A DNA stretch of 64,000 nt, from positions 10,079 through 74,078 of the forward strand of contig JAOZPP010000003.1 in NCBI GenBank assembly GCA_029932675.1, read 5' to 3'. This DNA is from a bacterium (GTDB lineage: Bacteria > SM23-81 > DAOVCL01). The notes beneath the pieces are model-generated. The model had not been told where the DNA came from, ran no database searches, and saw only the letters and a program-made list of their open reading frames with translations. Each line of letters opens with the position of its first letter. Within the stretch, counting starts at the first letter, position 1. This document shows, piece by piece, positions 8,392 to 17,586 of this stretch. The translations under genes and the position numbers were made by a program.

Positions 8392-9216
8392 ATGGCTAAT
8401 ATCAGGGAGCCTGTGGTGGCTGGGAGTTTCTACCCAGCGAACCCCAAATCCCTCTCCCAACAGGTAAGGGGATTCCTCTCCCAGGCGGAGCCAAGGAAGG
8501 TAGATGGGGAGATTAAGGCAATAGTTTCCCCTCATGCCGGCTATATCTACTCCGGAGGGGTGGCCGCCTATGGCTATAAGCTCCTGCAGGATTTAGATTA
8601 TGATTTGGTAACTGTTATCTCCCCCAGCCATAGAACCTATTTTTCTGGGCTTTCCGTCTGGGATGGTGAGGCCTATCGTACCCCCTTAGGGCTAATAGAG
8701 GTCGCCCGGGAGGAGGTAAGGGAACTCATTAACTCCTATGAGTTTATAGGCTACCACCCTCAGGCCCATTTGCAGGAGCATGCCTTGGAGGTGCAGCTCC
8801 CTTTCCTCCAGGAGGTCCTGGAGAGGTTTAAGCTTATCCCCATAGTGATGGGGGATCAGTCCTACCAATTATGCCAGGCTGCCTCCCATGCCTTAGCCGA
8901 AATCCTGAAGGGGAAAAAGGTGCTCCTCGTGGCCAGCTCCGACCTCTCCCACTATCACTCCTATGAGGAGGCTAAGAACCTGGATCAGGTAGTAATAGAG
9001 GATATAAACTCCTTTGATCCCAAAAAGTTAGGAGAGGATCTATCCCGGGATAGATGTGAGGCCTGTGGGGGAGGGGCAATCATTACGGCAATGATTAGCT
9101 CCCAACTTTTGGGGGCGAACAGGGTGGAGGTTCTTCATTATGCCAACTCCGGGGATGTGGTGGGGGATAGGGCGGCAGTTGTAGGCTATCTTTCGGCGGT
9201 CATCTATAGGTCCTGA
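8392..9216 (+). CDS. Memo1-like protein (AmmeMemoRadiSam system protein B)
   Basis: SPHAGYIYSGGVAAYGY and the overall Memo/AmmeMemoSam_B pattern. Confidence 0.8.
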   Translation: MANIREPVVAGSFYPANPKSLSQQVRGFLSQAEPRKVDGEIKAIVSPHAGYIYSGGVAAYGYKLLQDLDYDLVTVISPSHRTYFSGLSVWDGEAYRTPLGLIEVAREEVRELINSYEFIGYHPQAHLQEHALEVQLPFLQEVLERFKLIPIVMGDQSYQLCQAASHALAEILKGKKVLLVASSDLSHYHSYEEAKNLDQVVIEDINSFDPKKLGEDLSRDRCEACGGGAIITAMISSQLLGANRVEVLHYANSGDVVGDRAAVVGYLSAVIYRS

Positions 9217-9217
9217 G

Positions 9218-10450
9218 GTGAGCGGGGGATCGGTTAGGGAGACATTTTTCCTCCTCCTTGTCGGCCTCTTACTAGCCGGATTAGCTGTAGGCCTGCTCAG
9301 GGAGGAAGGGGGTTCAAGGAGGCTGGAACCAATCGGACCTCAGCCCTGTATAATAGAGGGGCAGGTGGTGAAAGGTAGCTCCCTCTACTATAGCTTGCTT
9401 AAGGCAGGGCTCGGCCTTCGCCAGGTACAGAGGATAGTTGATTCCTTAAGGGGGAAGGTTGATCTGAAGAGGTCAAGGCCAGGGGACAGTTACAAGCTGA
9501 GGCTGCTGGAGGATGGTTCCGTCCTCGATTTCATTTATCAAAATGGAGATTGCGCATACATACTTGAGGGTGATTCCCTTCAGGTGACTGCTGTTTCCTA
9601 CGAGGATGTTGTGCGAGGGATGGAAGGAACGATAGAGGGTTCCCTTTGGGAGTCGATGAGGCCCAGATGCAAGGATGCCGAGCTTATAATGAAATTCTCC
9701 GATATATTTAGGTGGGACATTGATTTTTTCACTGAGCCAAGAAATGGAGATAGATATCGCCTGCTCTATATAGAGAGGAGACAGGGGGGGAGGTTCGTTA
9801 GTTATGGCGACATCCTCTGCGCACAGTATATCTCCCGTTCAAAAGTTCATACGGCCATCCTCTATGAAGATTCCAGCGGTCATCGGGACTATTATGATCC
9901 CCAGGGGAAATCCTTGCGAAAGACGTTTCTCCGCGCCCCTTTGAACTATCGACGGATCAGCTCTGGTTTTTCCTATCACCGGCTCCACCCCATCTACAAG
10001 ATTTACCGTCCCCATTTGGGGATCGACTATGCTGCCCCCCAGGGGACCCCCATTGTGGCCTCAGGTGATGGGGTGATCAGCTTTGCTGGATGGAATAACG
10101 GCTTTGGCAAATTTATAAAGATAGATCATGGGAGGGGGTATGTAACCACCTATGGCCACCTATCCAGATTTGCACGGGGGATTAAAAGGGGTAAAAGGGT
10201 TAAACAAGGGGAGGTGATCGGATATGTGGGACAGACTGGTGTAGCTACTGGGCCCCACCTTGACTATCGTTTTATCCTCAACCACCGCTATGTTAACCCT
10301 TTAAGGATTCGGCTACCGGCGGCAAAGCCCCTGTCCAGGAGGTACTGGAAGGATTTCTTGGCCAGGAAAGATGCTCTCCTAAAGGCTTTGGATCAACTCT
10401 CCGGGGAGTGGGTGGCCGGGGAGGGAATCCAAGAGGGGGCAGCTCAATAG
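9218..10450 (+). CDS. Membrane-anchored peptidase of the M23 family (LytM domain)
   Basis: An N-terminal TM helix. M23 motifs HLGIDYAAP, GDGVISFAG and GPHLDYR. Confidence 0.85.
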   Translation: MSGGSVRETFFLLLVGLLLAGLAVGLLREEGGSRRLEPIGPQPCIIEGQVVKGSSLYYSLLKAGLGLRQVQRIVDSLRGKVDLKRSRPGDSYKLRLLEDGSVLDFIYQNGDCAYILEGDSLQVTAVSYEDVVRGMEGTIEGSLWESMRPRCKDAELIMKFSDIFRWDIDFFTEPRNGDRYRLLYIERRQGGRFVSYGDILCAQYISRSKVHTAILYEDSSGHRDYYDPQGKSLRKTFLRAPLNYRRISSGFSYHRLHPIYKIYRPHLGIDYAAPQGTPIVASGDGVISFAGWNNGFGKFIKIDHGRGYVTTYGHLSRFARGIKRGKRVKQGEVIGYVGQTGVATGPHLDYRFILNHRYVNPLRIRLPAAKPLSRRYWKDFLARKDALLKALDQLSGEWVAGEGIQEGAAQ

Positions 10451-11107
10451 ATGGTTGTCCCCCTGATTCTGGGAATCGCTGGAGGAAGTGGGGCAGGGAA
10501 GACCACTATTGCTCAAAAGGTGGTGAAGGAGATAGGCTTAGAGCGTTCCTTGATCCTCTCCCAAGATGCCTACTACCGGGATAGGGGGGATCTCCCCTTA
10601 GAGGAGAGGGAGAGGGCTAACTTCGATCATCCCTCTGCCTTTGAGAATCGGCTGCTTACCCAACATTTGTGGGAGATTAAGCGAGGCAATCCCATTCCAA
10701 AGCTCTCCTATGATTACAGGACCCATCTGCGCAGGGTATCTAAGGAGTTTCTTCGACCCAGAGAGCTGGTTGTGGTAGAGGGGATAATGCTCTTGGAAGA
10801 TGAAGAATTGAGGAAGGTTTTTGATCTTAAGGTCTGGGTGGAGACCAGTGCGGATCTCCGGTTCATCAGGAGGTTAAAGAGGGATATGGCCGAGAGGGGA
10901 AGGAGCTTAGAGTCGGTTGTCCAACAGTATCTTTCCACGGTACGACCTATGCATCTGAGGTTTGTGGAACCATCCCGCAGATATGCGGATTTGGTGATAA
11001 GTGGTGAAGGGGATGTGGGGAAAGAGGTAACCATTGTAACTGAAAAGGTGAAGGCACTGTTTGAGGAGAGGGGCAAGAGATGGATACCATCTTTAAGGAG
11101 AAGATAA
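10451..11107 (+). CDS. udk: Uridine kinase
   Basis: The P-loop IAGGSGAGKTT and overall similarity to the uridine kinase / phosphoribulokinase family. Confidence 0.8.
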   Translation: MVVPLILGIAGGSGAGKTTIAQKVVKEIGLERSLILSQDAYYRDRGDLPLEERERANFDHPSAFENRLLTQHLWEIKRGNPIPKLSYDYRTHLRRVSKEFLRPRELVVVEGIMLLEDEELRKVFDLKVWVETSADLRFIRRLKRDMAERGRSLESVVQQYLSTVRPMHLRFVEPSRRYADLVISGEGDVGKEVTIVTEKVKALFEERGKRWIPSLRRR

Positions 11108-12228
11108 GCAGAAAGGAGTTCTTAAAGAGATTTGGTGGGGGGGTGGCCTGGCTTGGTCTCTCCTCCATCCCCTTCTTTAGCCCCCGGGCAGATGCCGCAG
11201 AGGGGGGAGGGGAAATAGGGAGGAAACTTTCTCCTTGGTATAAACCGATGGGGAGGGGGATGATCAAATGCACCCTCTGTCCCAAGGGATGTACTGTCCC
11301 GCAGGGGGGGAGGGGGTATTGCCGGGTAAGGGAGAATCAGGAGGGGAAGTACTATACCCTGGTCTATGGTAATCCCTGTGCCGTCCATATCGACCCCATC
11401 GAGAAGAAGCCCCTCTTCCATGTCCTTCCCGGAAGCTTCGCCTTCTCCATTGCTACTGCTGGGTGCAACTTCGAGTGCAAATACTGTCAGAATTGGCAGA
11501 TATCCCAGGTCAGCCCTGAGGAGACCACCCACTTTAACCTTCTCCCGGCCGAGGTGGTCAAACTCGCTGCTAAGAAGGGCTGCCGTTCTATAGCCTATAC
11601 CTATACCGAGCCTTCCATTTTCTACGAATATATGTATGACACCTCCCTCCTGGCCAGGGAGAAGGGGATCCTCAATGTCTACCACTCCAACGGATACATA
11701 AACCAGAAGCCCCTGAGGGACCTATGTAGTTATATGGATGCAGCAAATATCGACCTAAAGGGGTTCACGGAGAAACTCTATACGAACCTTTTGGAGGGGG
11801 AACTTAAACCCGTCTTGGATTCCCTGGTTACCTTAAGGTCCGAGGGGGTGCACTTGGAGATTACCAACTTGGTTGTTCCCACCAAGAATGATGATATGAA
11901 GGCCATCAAGAAGATGTGTCTCTGGATAAGGGATGAGCTCGGCCCTGATGTTCCCCTGCACTTCTCCCGGTTCTACCCAATGTATAAGCTGAAGAACCTC
12001 CCTCCTACTCCGGTGAAGACCTTAGAGGAGGCCAGGAAGACGGCCTTAGATCAGGGGTTGGAGTATGTCTACATCGGGAATGTCCCTGGGAATCCCGGGG
12101 AGAACACCTATTGTCCTAAATGCAAGAAGCTGATCATCGGCAGGATCGGCTATACCCTTACCGAGGTGAATGTGAAAGAGGGGAAGTGTAAGTTCTGCGG
12201 CCATCCCCTCCCTGGGATCTGGAAGTAA
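11080..12228 (+). CDS. AmmeMemoRadiSam-system radical SAM enzyme carrying a roughly 55-aa N-terminal Tat/Sec-like signal extension
   Basis: CTLCPKGC...GYCRVREN Cys-rich N-domain. The radical SAM motif GCNFECKYCQNW. N-terminal SRKEFLKRFGGGVAWLGLSSIPFFSPRADA, which resembles a twin-arginine leader with RK in place of RR and an AxA cleavage site. Confidence 0.8.
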   Translation: MDTIFKEKISRKEFLKRFGGGVAWLGLSSIPFFSPRADAAEGGGEIGRKLSPWYKPMGRGMIKCTLCPKGCTVPQGGRGYCRVRENQEGKYYTLVYGNPCAVHIDPIEKKPLFHVLPGSFAFSIATAGCNFECKYCQNWQISQVSPEETTHFNLLPAEVVKLAAKKGCRSIAYTYTEPSIFYEYMYDTSLLAREKGILNVYHSNGYINQKPLRDLCSYMDAANIDLKGFTEKLYTNLLEGELKPVLDSLVTLRSEGVHLEITNLVVPTKNDDMKAIKKMCLWIRDELGPDVPLHFSRFYPMYKLKNLPPTPVKTLEEARKTALDQGLEYVYIGNVPGNPGENTYCPKCKKLIIGRIGYTLTEVNVKEGKCKFCGHPLPGIWK

Positions 12229-12285
12229 CCCCAGATTTCGGGGCACAACCCGGCAGACAATAAGCCCTCTTGGAGGGAGGGGAAG

Positions 12286-12807
12286 TCAGTGGGGCCTCTT
12301 CCTCCCCGCCTTGTAGAGTTCCCTTATGCGGAGAAATATGTGGTTGTATTGGCCGCTTTTGAAGTCGGGGAAGCTCCAAGGGTAGGGGTGGAACCTTCCC
12401 CTTTCATAGTAGAGGGTTAAATCGGCATATATACCTGAGTTCAGGTAGATTTTCTGCCCATTATACTTCTTGGAGACCAAGATGACCTTGTTGTAGTCCA
12501 TATAACCCGGGTCAATGTTGACCCTTCTCCTGTCGTTTATAGCGAGCTCTCCTTCGATCCGCTCTGTCTCCAGCTTGACTTCAACTATCTCCTCAGGGCT
12601 AATCAGGGGGCGGCAAGAGAGGAAAAGCCTATAAATTCCCCTTCCCATCTCCTTCTCGTAGTAATCGGTGACGGTGAAGGGAAAGGCTTCGCTGAGGTAG
12701 TCTGGCTCACCATAAAGCGCCTCCAATCTTTCCCTCGCTTGGTTCAACTTCTCCTCATCGCTATAGAGAATCCCCATAAAGAGCTTAACGGGATATGGCT
12801 CGGCCAT
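12286..12807 (-). CDS. DUF4416-family protein
   Basis: GILYSDEEKL...YG..DYLSEAFPFTVTDYYEKEMG pattern. Confidence 0.55.
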   Translation of the reverse strand: MAEPYPVKLFMGILYSDEEKLNQARERLEALYGEPDYLSEAFPFTVTDYYEKEMGRGIYRLFLSCRPLISPEEIVEVKLETERIEGELAINDRRRVNIDPGYMDYNKVILVSKKYNGQKIYLNSGIYADLTLYYERGRFHPYPWSFPDFKSGQYNHIFLRIRELYKAGRKRPH

Positions 12808-13609
12808 TGCAGAGTTCCCTTCCCCTCCTTAATACCTCCTTAGCTTCCTCGAGGAGCTCCCTTTTTATGCCAAAGATCTCTTCCACAACTGAGTCTTCCC
12901 CCTTCAACCTGTAGTTCTTCTTCCCCTGAGGGGTAGTCCTGCGCATAAAGTCATTGTGGAGATAGTAGAGCCCCTCTTCGGTAAAGCGGGTCAAATAGAT
13001 ACCCCTCATCCCCTTCCAGCGAAAAGATGACCGCCAATATTTGAGGAAATCCTGTGGTGGGGTAGGGAGGTCATGAAACCTGTATCTCCACTTTTCCCCT
13101 TCCTGGTTAAGGGTATAGAGGTCATAGTAGTGGCCCTTGGGGTCAAATTTTAACCCCACGGAGGAGAATCCAACATCGAATGTTTGGGATTTAGTTCGAT
13201 CGAGCTCCAAAGGGGTGTGAAGGAGATAGCCGGGGTCGAGGAGATATTTCCTCTCGCCTACCCTCACCACCAAACAGCAGTGGACGTTTCTCCCCGCCCT
13301 CATCTCTGCCATCACCGGATAGGAGGGTAGTCCATACCTCTCGAGTACTGCTTGGAGAAGGAAGGTGAGGGAGAAACAGGTACCACCCAACCCAGAGGCT
13401 ATATGATCTTCCATCACCTCAGTGGGGAGGCGAATGTTGGGCCCGGAGCGGTAGAGTTTGATTATCTTGCTCAAGTTCTCATAGGGGATGCGGGAGAAAC
13501 CCCGCAAGATGGCCCTTATTAGGGAAAGCTTATCCCCTTGCTCCCCTATCTGGTAGAGGTTGTTGAAGCGGTCAGCCCCCAACCAATGATTGCCTGGGTT
13601 CAAATCCAT
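12785..13609 (-). CDS. Arylamine N-acetyltransferase-like protein
   Basis: The IPYENL motif, a Cys in GGTCFSLT, and His/Asp candidates consistent with the NAT Cys-His-Asp fold. Confidence 0.55.
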   Translation of the reverse strand: MDLNPGNHWLGADRFNNLYQIGEQGDKLSLIRAILRGFSRIPYENLSKIIKLYRSGPNIRLPTEVMEDHIASGLGGTCFSLTFLLQAVLERYGLPSYPVMAEMRAGRNVHCCLVVRVGERKYLLDPGYLLHTPLELDRTKSQTFDVGFSSVGLKFDPKGHYYDLYTLNQEGEKWRYRFHDLPTPPQDFLKYWRSSFRWKGMRGIYLTRFTEEGLYYLHNDFMRRTTPQGKKNYRLKGEDSVVEEIFGIKRELLEEAKEVLRRGRELCNGRAISR

Positions 13610-13671
13610 AATAAATAAGGAAAAATCAGAATCCTGTAAACCCCCTCTATCCCCTCAGCTAAGATCATCCC

Positions 13672-15090
13672 TTAGAGCTGGGCCTCAATCTCAACCAGCA
13701 CCTCCTCGATCACCTCCAGGGCCAGATCCGCCTCCCTTCTGCTCACCACCAATGGAGGGCTCAGCCTGATGGAGTTAAAACCGCAGCCAAAGAGGATCAA
13801 CCCCTTCTTGAATGAGCTCCCCACGAAGACCTGCACAATACCCTTCCCCTCTGAGGTAACCTGACGGGGGAACATCTCCTTGCTTTCCTTGTCCCTTACC
13901 AGCTCGAAGGCCAGCATCAGCCCTTTCCCCCGCACATCACCAACGATTCGATGACGGCCCATAATCCCCTTGAGCTTTTCCTTTAGGTAACCCCCCACTT
14001 GGGCGGCATTTTCCACCAACCCTTCCTCCAGGAGCTTAATCGTTTGGTTCGCTGCTGCGCAGCTTACCGGGTTGCCCCCAAAGGTGCTCCCATGTGCCCC
14101 CTTCTTCCAGGCCCGGGGATCAACCTCGGAATCCATCAGCTCTGCTCTAGCCACCACCGCTCCCAAAGGGAGTCCGGAGGCCAATGCCTTGGCTATACAG
14201 ATAACATCCGGTGCAACCCCCCAATGTTCGATGGCAAATGGCTTTCCTGTCCTTCCCATCCCGCATTGAATCTCATCGGCGACGAGGATAATTTCGTATT
14301 TTTTGCTAATCGCCTGTAGTAGGGGATGGAACTCAGGCGGAGGGACTATATAACCCCCCTCGCCTTGGATGGTCTCTACGAAGATTGCCGAGACTTCCTC
14401 TGGATCGGTCAACCTCTCAAAGACGGTATCGGTGAGGTATTCTACACAAGGGAGGAGAGGAATCCCTTCAAACTGGCGACTTCCCTTGCAGGAGGGGTAG
14501 CTTAGATGGAGCGGACAGCGGTAACAGTATGGATAGGGAAGGTGAATTACTTCCGGGATGAGGGGGGAAAAACCAGCCCGCTGCACCTTCTTGCTCCCGC
14601 TTAAGGACATTCCCACATAGGTGCGGCCATGGAAGGCCCCTAAAAAGGAGATCACCTTTGGTCGGCGGGTGTAATAACGGCTGAGTTTGAAGGCTGCCTC
14701 TAATGATTCGGCCCCGGAGTTAGCAAAGTAGACCCTTTTAGGAAAGCTGCCTGGAGTGAGCCTAACCAACCTTTCGGCAAGTTCTATCTCTGGTCGGTAG
14801 TAAAAGTCGCTTCCTCCAATGTGCAGGAGCCTGTTCGCCTGCTCATTTATGGCTTCTACTACTTGAGGGTGGCAGTGGCCAGTTGCGCATACTGCGTAGC
14901 CGGCACCAAAGTCCAAATACCTTCTCCCATCGGGATCTTCTACCCACATCCCCTTTGCTCGCTCCACTACTAAAGGTATCTCTGAGGATCTGGTATCTGC
15001 CCCCAACATTACCTTTCTGTCCCGGCGAATTAGCTCGGTTGCCTTTGGCCCCACTTGGGGGGAACGGTAGCTAATCATCTGCTCTCCCAT
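13672..15090 (-). CDS. Class-III PLP-dependent aminotransferase (GABA/ornithine aminotransferase-like)
   Basis: ADEIQCGMGRTGKPFA PLP-lysine region and a class-III fold pattern. Confidence 0.85.
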   Translation of the reverse strand: MGEQMISYRSPQVGPKATELIRRDRKVMLGADTRSSEIPLVVERAKGMWVEDPDGRRYLDFGAGYAVCATGHCHPQVVEAINEQANRLLHIGGSDFYYRPEIELAERLVRLTPGSFPKRVYFANSGAESLEAAFKLSRYYTRRPKVISFLGAFHGRTYVGMSLSGSKKVQRAGFSPLIPEVIHLPYPYCYRCPLHLSYPSCKGSRQFEGIPLLPCVEYLTDTVFERLTDPEEVSAIFVETIQGEGGYIVPPPEFHPLLQAISKKYEIILVADEIQCGMGRTGKPFAIEHWGVAPDVICIAKALASGLPLGAVVARAELMDSEVDPRAWKKGAHGSTFGGNPVSCAAANQTIKLLEEGLVENAAQVGGYLKEKLKGIMGRHRIVGDVRGKGLMLAFELVRDKESKEMFPRQVTSEGKGIVQVFVGSSFKKGLILFGCGFNSIRLSPPLVVSRREADLALEVIEEVLVEIEAQL

Positions 15091-15193
15091 CTGAACTTGG
15101 TTTCCTCTGGTCGATTTTGAACCTCCAGAAAAAACTTCGGTTTATCCTGAATTATTCATGAACTGGAATTAGCGTAACCTTCTTGAGGATAAT

Positions 15194-16378
15194 CTACCCG
15201 ATCTTCGCGGAGAAGACCTTGGCCAATCTCTTTACCCCTTCCCTAATCAGCTTAGGGGAAGCATTGGAGAAATTCAATCTAAGGGTATTCTCTCCGCCCC
15301 CATTAGGGAAGAAAGCGGGACCAGGTACATAGGCCACCTTCTCCTTGACGGCCTCCGAAAGAAGTGCTGTAGCGTCTGCCCCAGAGGGAAGCTCTACCCA
15401 GAGGAAGAGCCCACCTTGCGGGGAGGTCCACTTCACCTTAGGGGGGAAGTTCTCCCGTAATGCTTCCAACATAACCCTTCTCCTCTGCCCATACTCTTCG
15501 CGCAGGATCTTAATATGTTTGTCCAGGCCACCGCCTTTCAGAAACTGGTGGAGGATATACTGAGCGAATGTATTCGTATGTAGATCGGCCCCTTGTTTGA
15601 GCTTAATCAGCTTTTCGATGACTGGCGCGGCGGCTGCTACCCAGGCAGTTCTCAATCCAGGGGAGACGATCTTGGAGAATGTTCCCAAGAGGATCACCAC
15701 ATCACTCCCCAGGGCCTTGAGGGTGGGAAGGTCCTCCCCCTCGTATCTGAGCTCACTGTATGGGTCATCTTCCACTATGGGGACCTGGTATCTCCTGGCG
15801 ATCTCCACCAATTTCTTTCTCCTTTCTACTGAAAGGGTAACCCCGCCCGGGTTCTGGAAGGTGGGGATAACATAGATAAATTTTGGATTCTTTTCCTTTA
15901 TCGCCTCTTCGATCAAATCCACCTTTATCCCATCCTTGTCTAAGGGGATAGTATGAAATTTGACCCCATAGGCGTTGAAGGCTTGAATGGCCCCTACATA
16001 GGTGGGTTGGGCGGAGATAATCCAGTCTCCCTCCTCCAAGAAGAGCCTACCCAAGAGGTCAAGGCCTTGTTGGGAACCGCCAGTAATCAAAATTTCATCT
16101 TCATCTACCACTATTCCCTTTTGGGTCATCCTCTTGGCCAAGAACCTGCGCAAAAGCCTATAACCCTCTGTGGTGCTGTACTGCAGGGCAAACTGTCCCT
16201 CGTGTTTGAGGACATAGTCGCTTGCCTCCATTATTCCCTCCACTGGAAAGAGCTCTGGGGCTGGCAGACCTCCCGCGAAGGAGATGACATCCGGTTGCTG
16301 GGTGAGTTTGAGAAGGTCCCTAATCGCTGAGCTCTTTACCTTAAGGGCAGCTTGGGAGAAATTCCATCTCCATTCCAT
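15194..16378 (-). CDS. Class-I/II PLP-dependent aminotransferase
   Basis: SFSKIVSPGLRTAW PLP-Lys motif. Confidence 0.85.
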   Translation of the reverse strand: MEWRWNFSQAALKVKSSAIRDLLKLTQQPDVISFAGGLPAPELFPVEGIMEASDYVLKHEGQFALQYSTTEGYRLLRRFLAKRMTQKGIVVDEDEILITGGSQQGLDLLGRLFLEEGDWIISAQPTYVGAIQAFNAYGVKFHTIPLDKDGIKVDLIEEAIKEKNPKFIYVIPTFQNPGGVTLSVERRKKLVEIARRYQVPIVEDDPYSELRYEGEDLPTLKALGSDVVILLGTFSKIVSPGLRTAWVAAAAPVIEKLIKLKQGADLHTNTFAQYILHQFLKGGGLDKHIKILREEYGQRRRVMLEALRENFPPKVKWTSPQGGLFLWVELPSGADATALLSEAVKEKVAYVPGPAFFPNGGGENTLRLNFSNASPKLIREGVKRLAKVFSAKIG

Positions 16379-16463
16379 TAGATCCTCCTTTATACTTTAG
16401 TTTTTCTGGTGAAGTTGCTGGGCTTGTTTCCTCTACCTGGATCACCTCAGGTGCACCTGGTTC

Positions 16464-16880
16464 TCACCCCCTTCGGGGTAGGAGGATATACCTCCCTTCG
16501 GCCTGGGCGACAATCCCTTTCCCCTCGGCGGTAACCTCTCCCCTGGTCAAAAACACCTTCCCCTTTTTGCCCACAACTTTTCCCTTTAGTTTGAGCCTCT
16601 CCCCCCTCTCGATGGGGAGTCTATACCTTATCTCCAACCGAGCGGTAACCACTTCCTCCTCCCAAGTGGAGACAGCCTTGGCCATAACCTCATCCAAAAG
16701 GGTAGCCGTCATTCCCCCGTGGAGCCAGCCCTCATAGCCTTCAAACCCAGGAGGGGGAATTAGTTCAGCCTCTGCATATCCATCTGTTCCCTGGAAATCT
16801 AACTTTAGCCCCTTATTACCGCAGACAAAACAGGAGGGGTACGGAGGCAGTTTGGAAAGTTGCCTATTGCTCGCCATCAA
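16464..16880 (-). CDS. PaaI-family hotdog-fold thioesterase
   Basis: CFVCG...LHGGMTATLLDEVMA motif. Confidence 0.75.
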   Translation of the reverse strand: MMASNRQLSKLPPYPSCFVCGNKGLKLDFQGTDGYAEAELIPPPGFEGYEGWLHGGMTATLLDEVMAKAVSTWEEEVVTARLEIRYRLPIERGERLKLKGKVVGKKGKVFLTRGEVTAEGKGIVAQAEGRYILLPRRG

Positions 16881-17475
16881 TCGGCTCCTCAGGGATGATG
16901 AAGACCATTACTATATAGGCCACGATGCCCACCCCCCAGGAGGCAAATGTGCCTACTACCCAGGCCAAGCGGAAGAGGACAGGGTCGAGATTAAAGCGAC
17001 TGCCCAAACCTCCACATACTCCCCCGATTATCCTCTCCTGGCGAGAGCGATAAAGCCTTCTCTTCTCCTCCCCACCACCTTTCCGGAGGATGATGGCCAC
17101 CCCCAAAAGGATGAGGAAGAGCGGCCAGACGAGCTTCCAGCTCAGTCCCCATAATCCCCAGAGCCAAAGGGAGAGGAGTTTGAAGTTAACCAAAAGGAGG
17201 AAGAAACCGAGGACTACGAGGATGAGCCCCCACCAGGCCCTTCGGCTTGGAGAATTACCTGCGGATAGATCGGCCGAACCTTCAGAAGGATTGGAGGGGA
17301 TGATTAAACAGGCAATTAGGTATGCCAGGATTCCTGACCCACCCCCCAGGGCGAAGAGGATCCACAGAATCCTCACCAAAACCGGATCCACCCCTAAATA
17401 TTCCCCCAGGCCACCACAGACCCCACACAAGGTCTTATTCTTCCGGGATTTGTAAAGTCTCTTGTAACTTTCCAT
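16864..17475 (-). CDS. Membrane protein with two PspC domains
   Basis: Two copies of the CG(V/G)CGGLG..L..DP.L.R PspC motif, plus TM segments. Confidence 0.75.
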   Translation of the reverse strand: MESYKRLYKSRKNKTLCGVCGGLGEYLGVDPVLVRILWILFALGGGSGILAYLIACLIIPSNPSEGSADLSAGNSPSRRAWWGLILVVLGFFLLLVNFKLLSLWLWGLWGLSWKLVWPLFLILLGVAIILRKGGGEEKRRLYRSRQERIIGGVCGGLGSRFNLDPVLFRLAWVVGTFASWGVGIVAYIVMVFIIPEEPIDGEQ

Positions 17476-17586
17476 ACTCCCCTTTCCTGTGACAGGGTTT
17501 ACAGAAATTTTAATAGATGCGCGCGGGGAGCTGACTCAAGTCTCCCACCTACGATATAGCTCACCCATTTCTTGTCTTTATCGGCC

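Noticed and set aside
11122-11685. 187-aa minus-strand ORF
   Set aside because: It is antisense to the well-supported radical SAM gene. A shadow ORF in GC-rich sequence.
15120-15150. tRNA-like GGTTCAAAATCGACC word
   Set aside because: There is no compatible acceptor, D or anticodon arm around it.
8155-15160. GAATTATTCAT palindromic 11-mer recurring at 8155 and 15150
   Set aside because: An exact 11-mer recurrence in 64 kb is expected by chance many times over. It is kept only as context for the repeat-A/B comparison.
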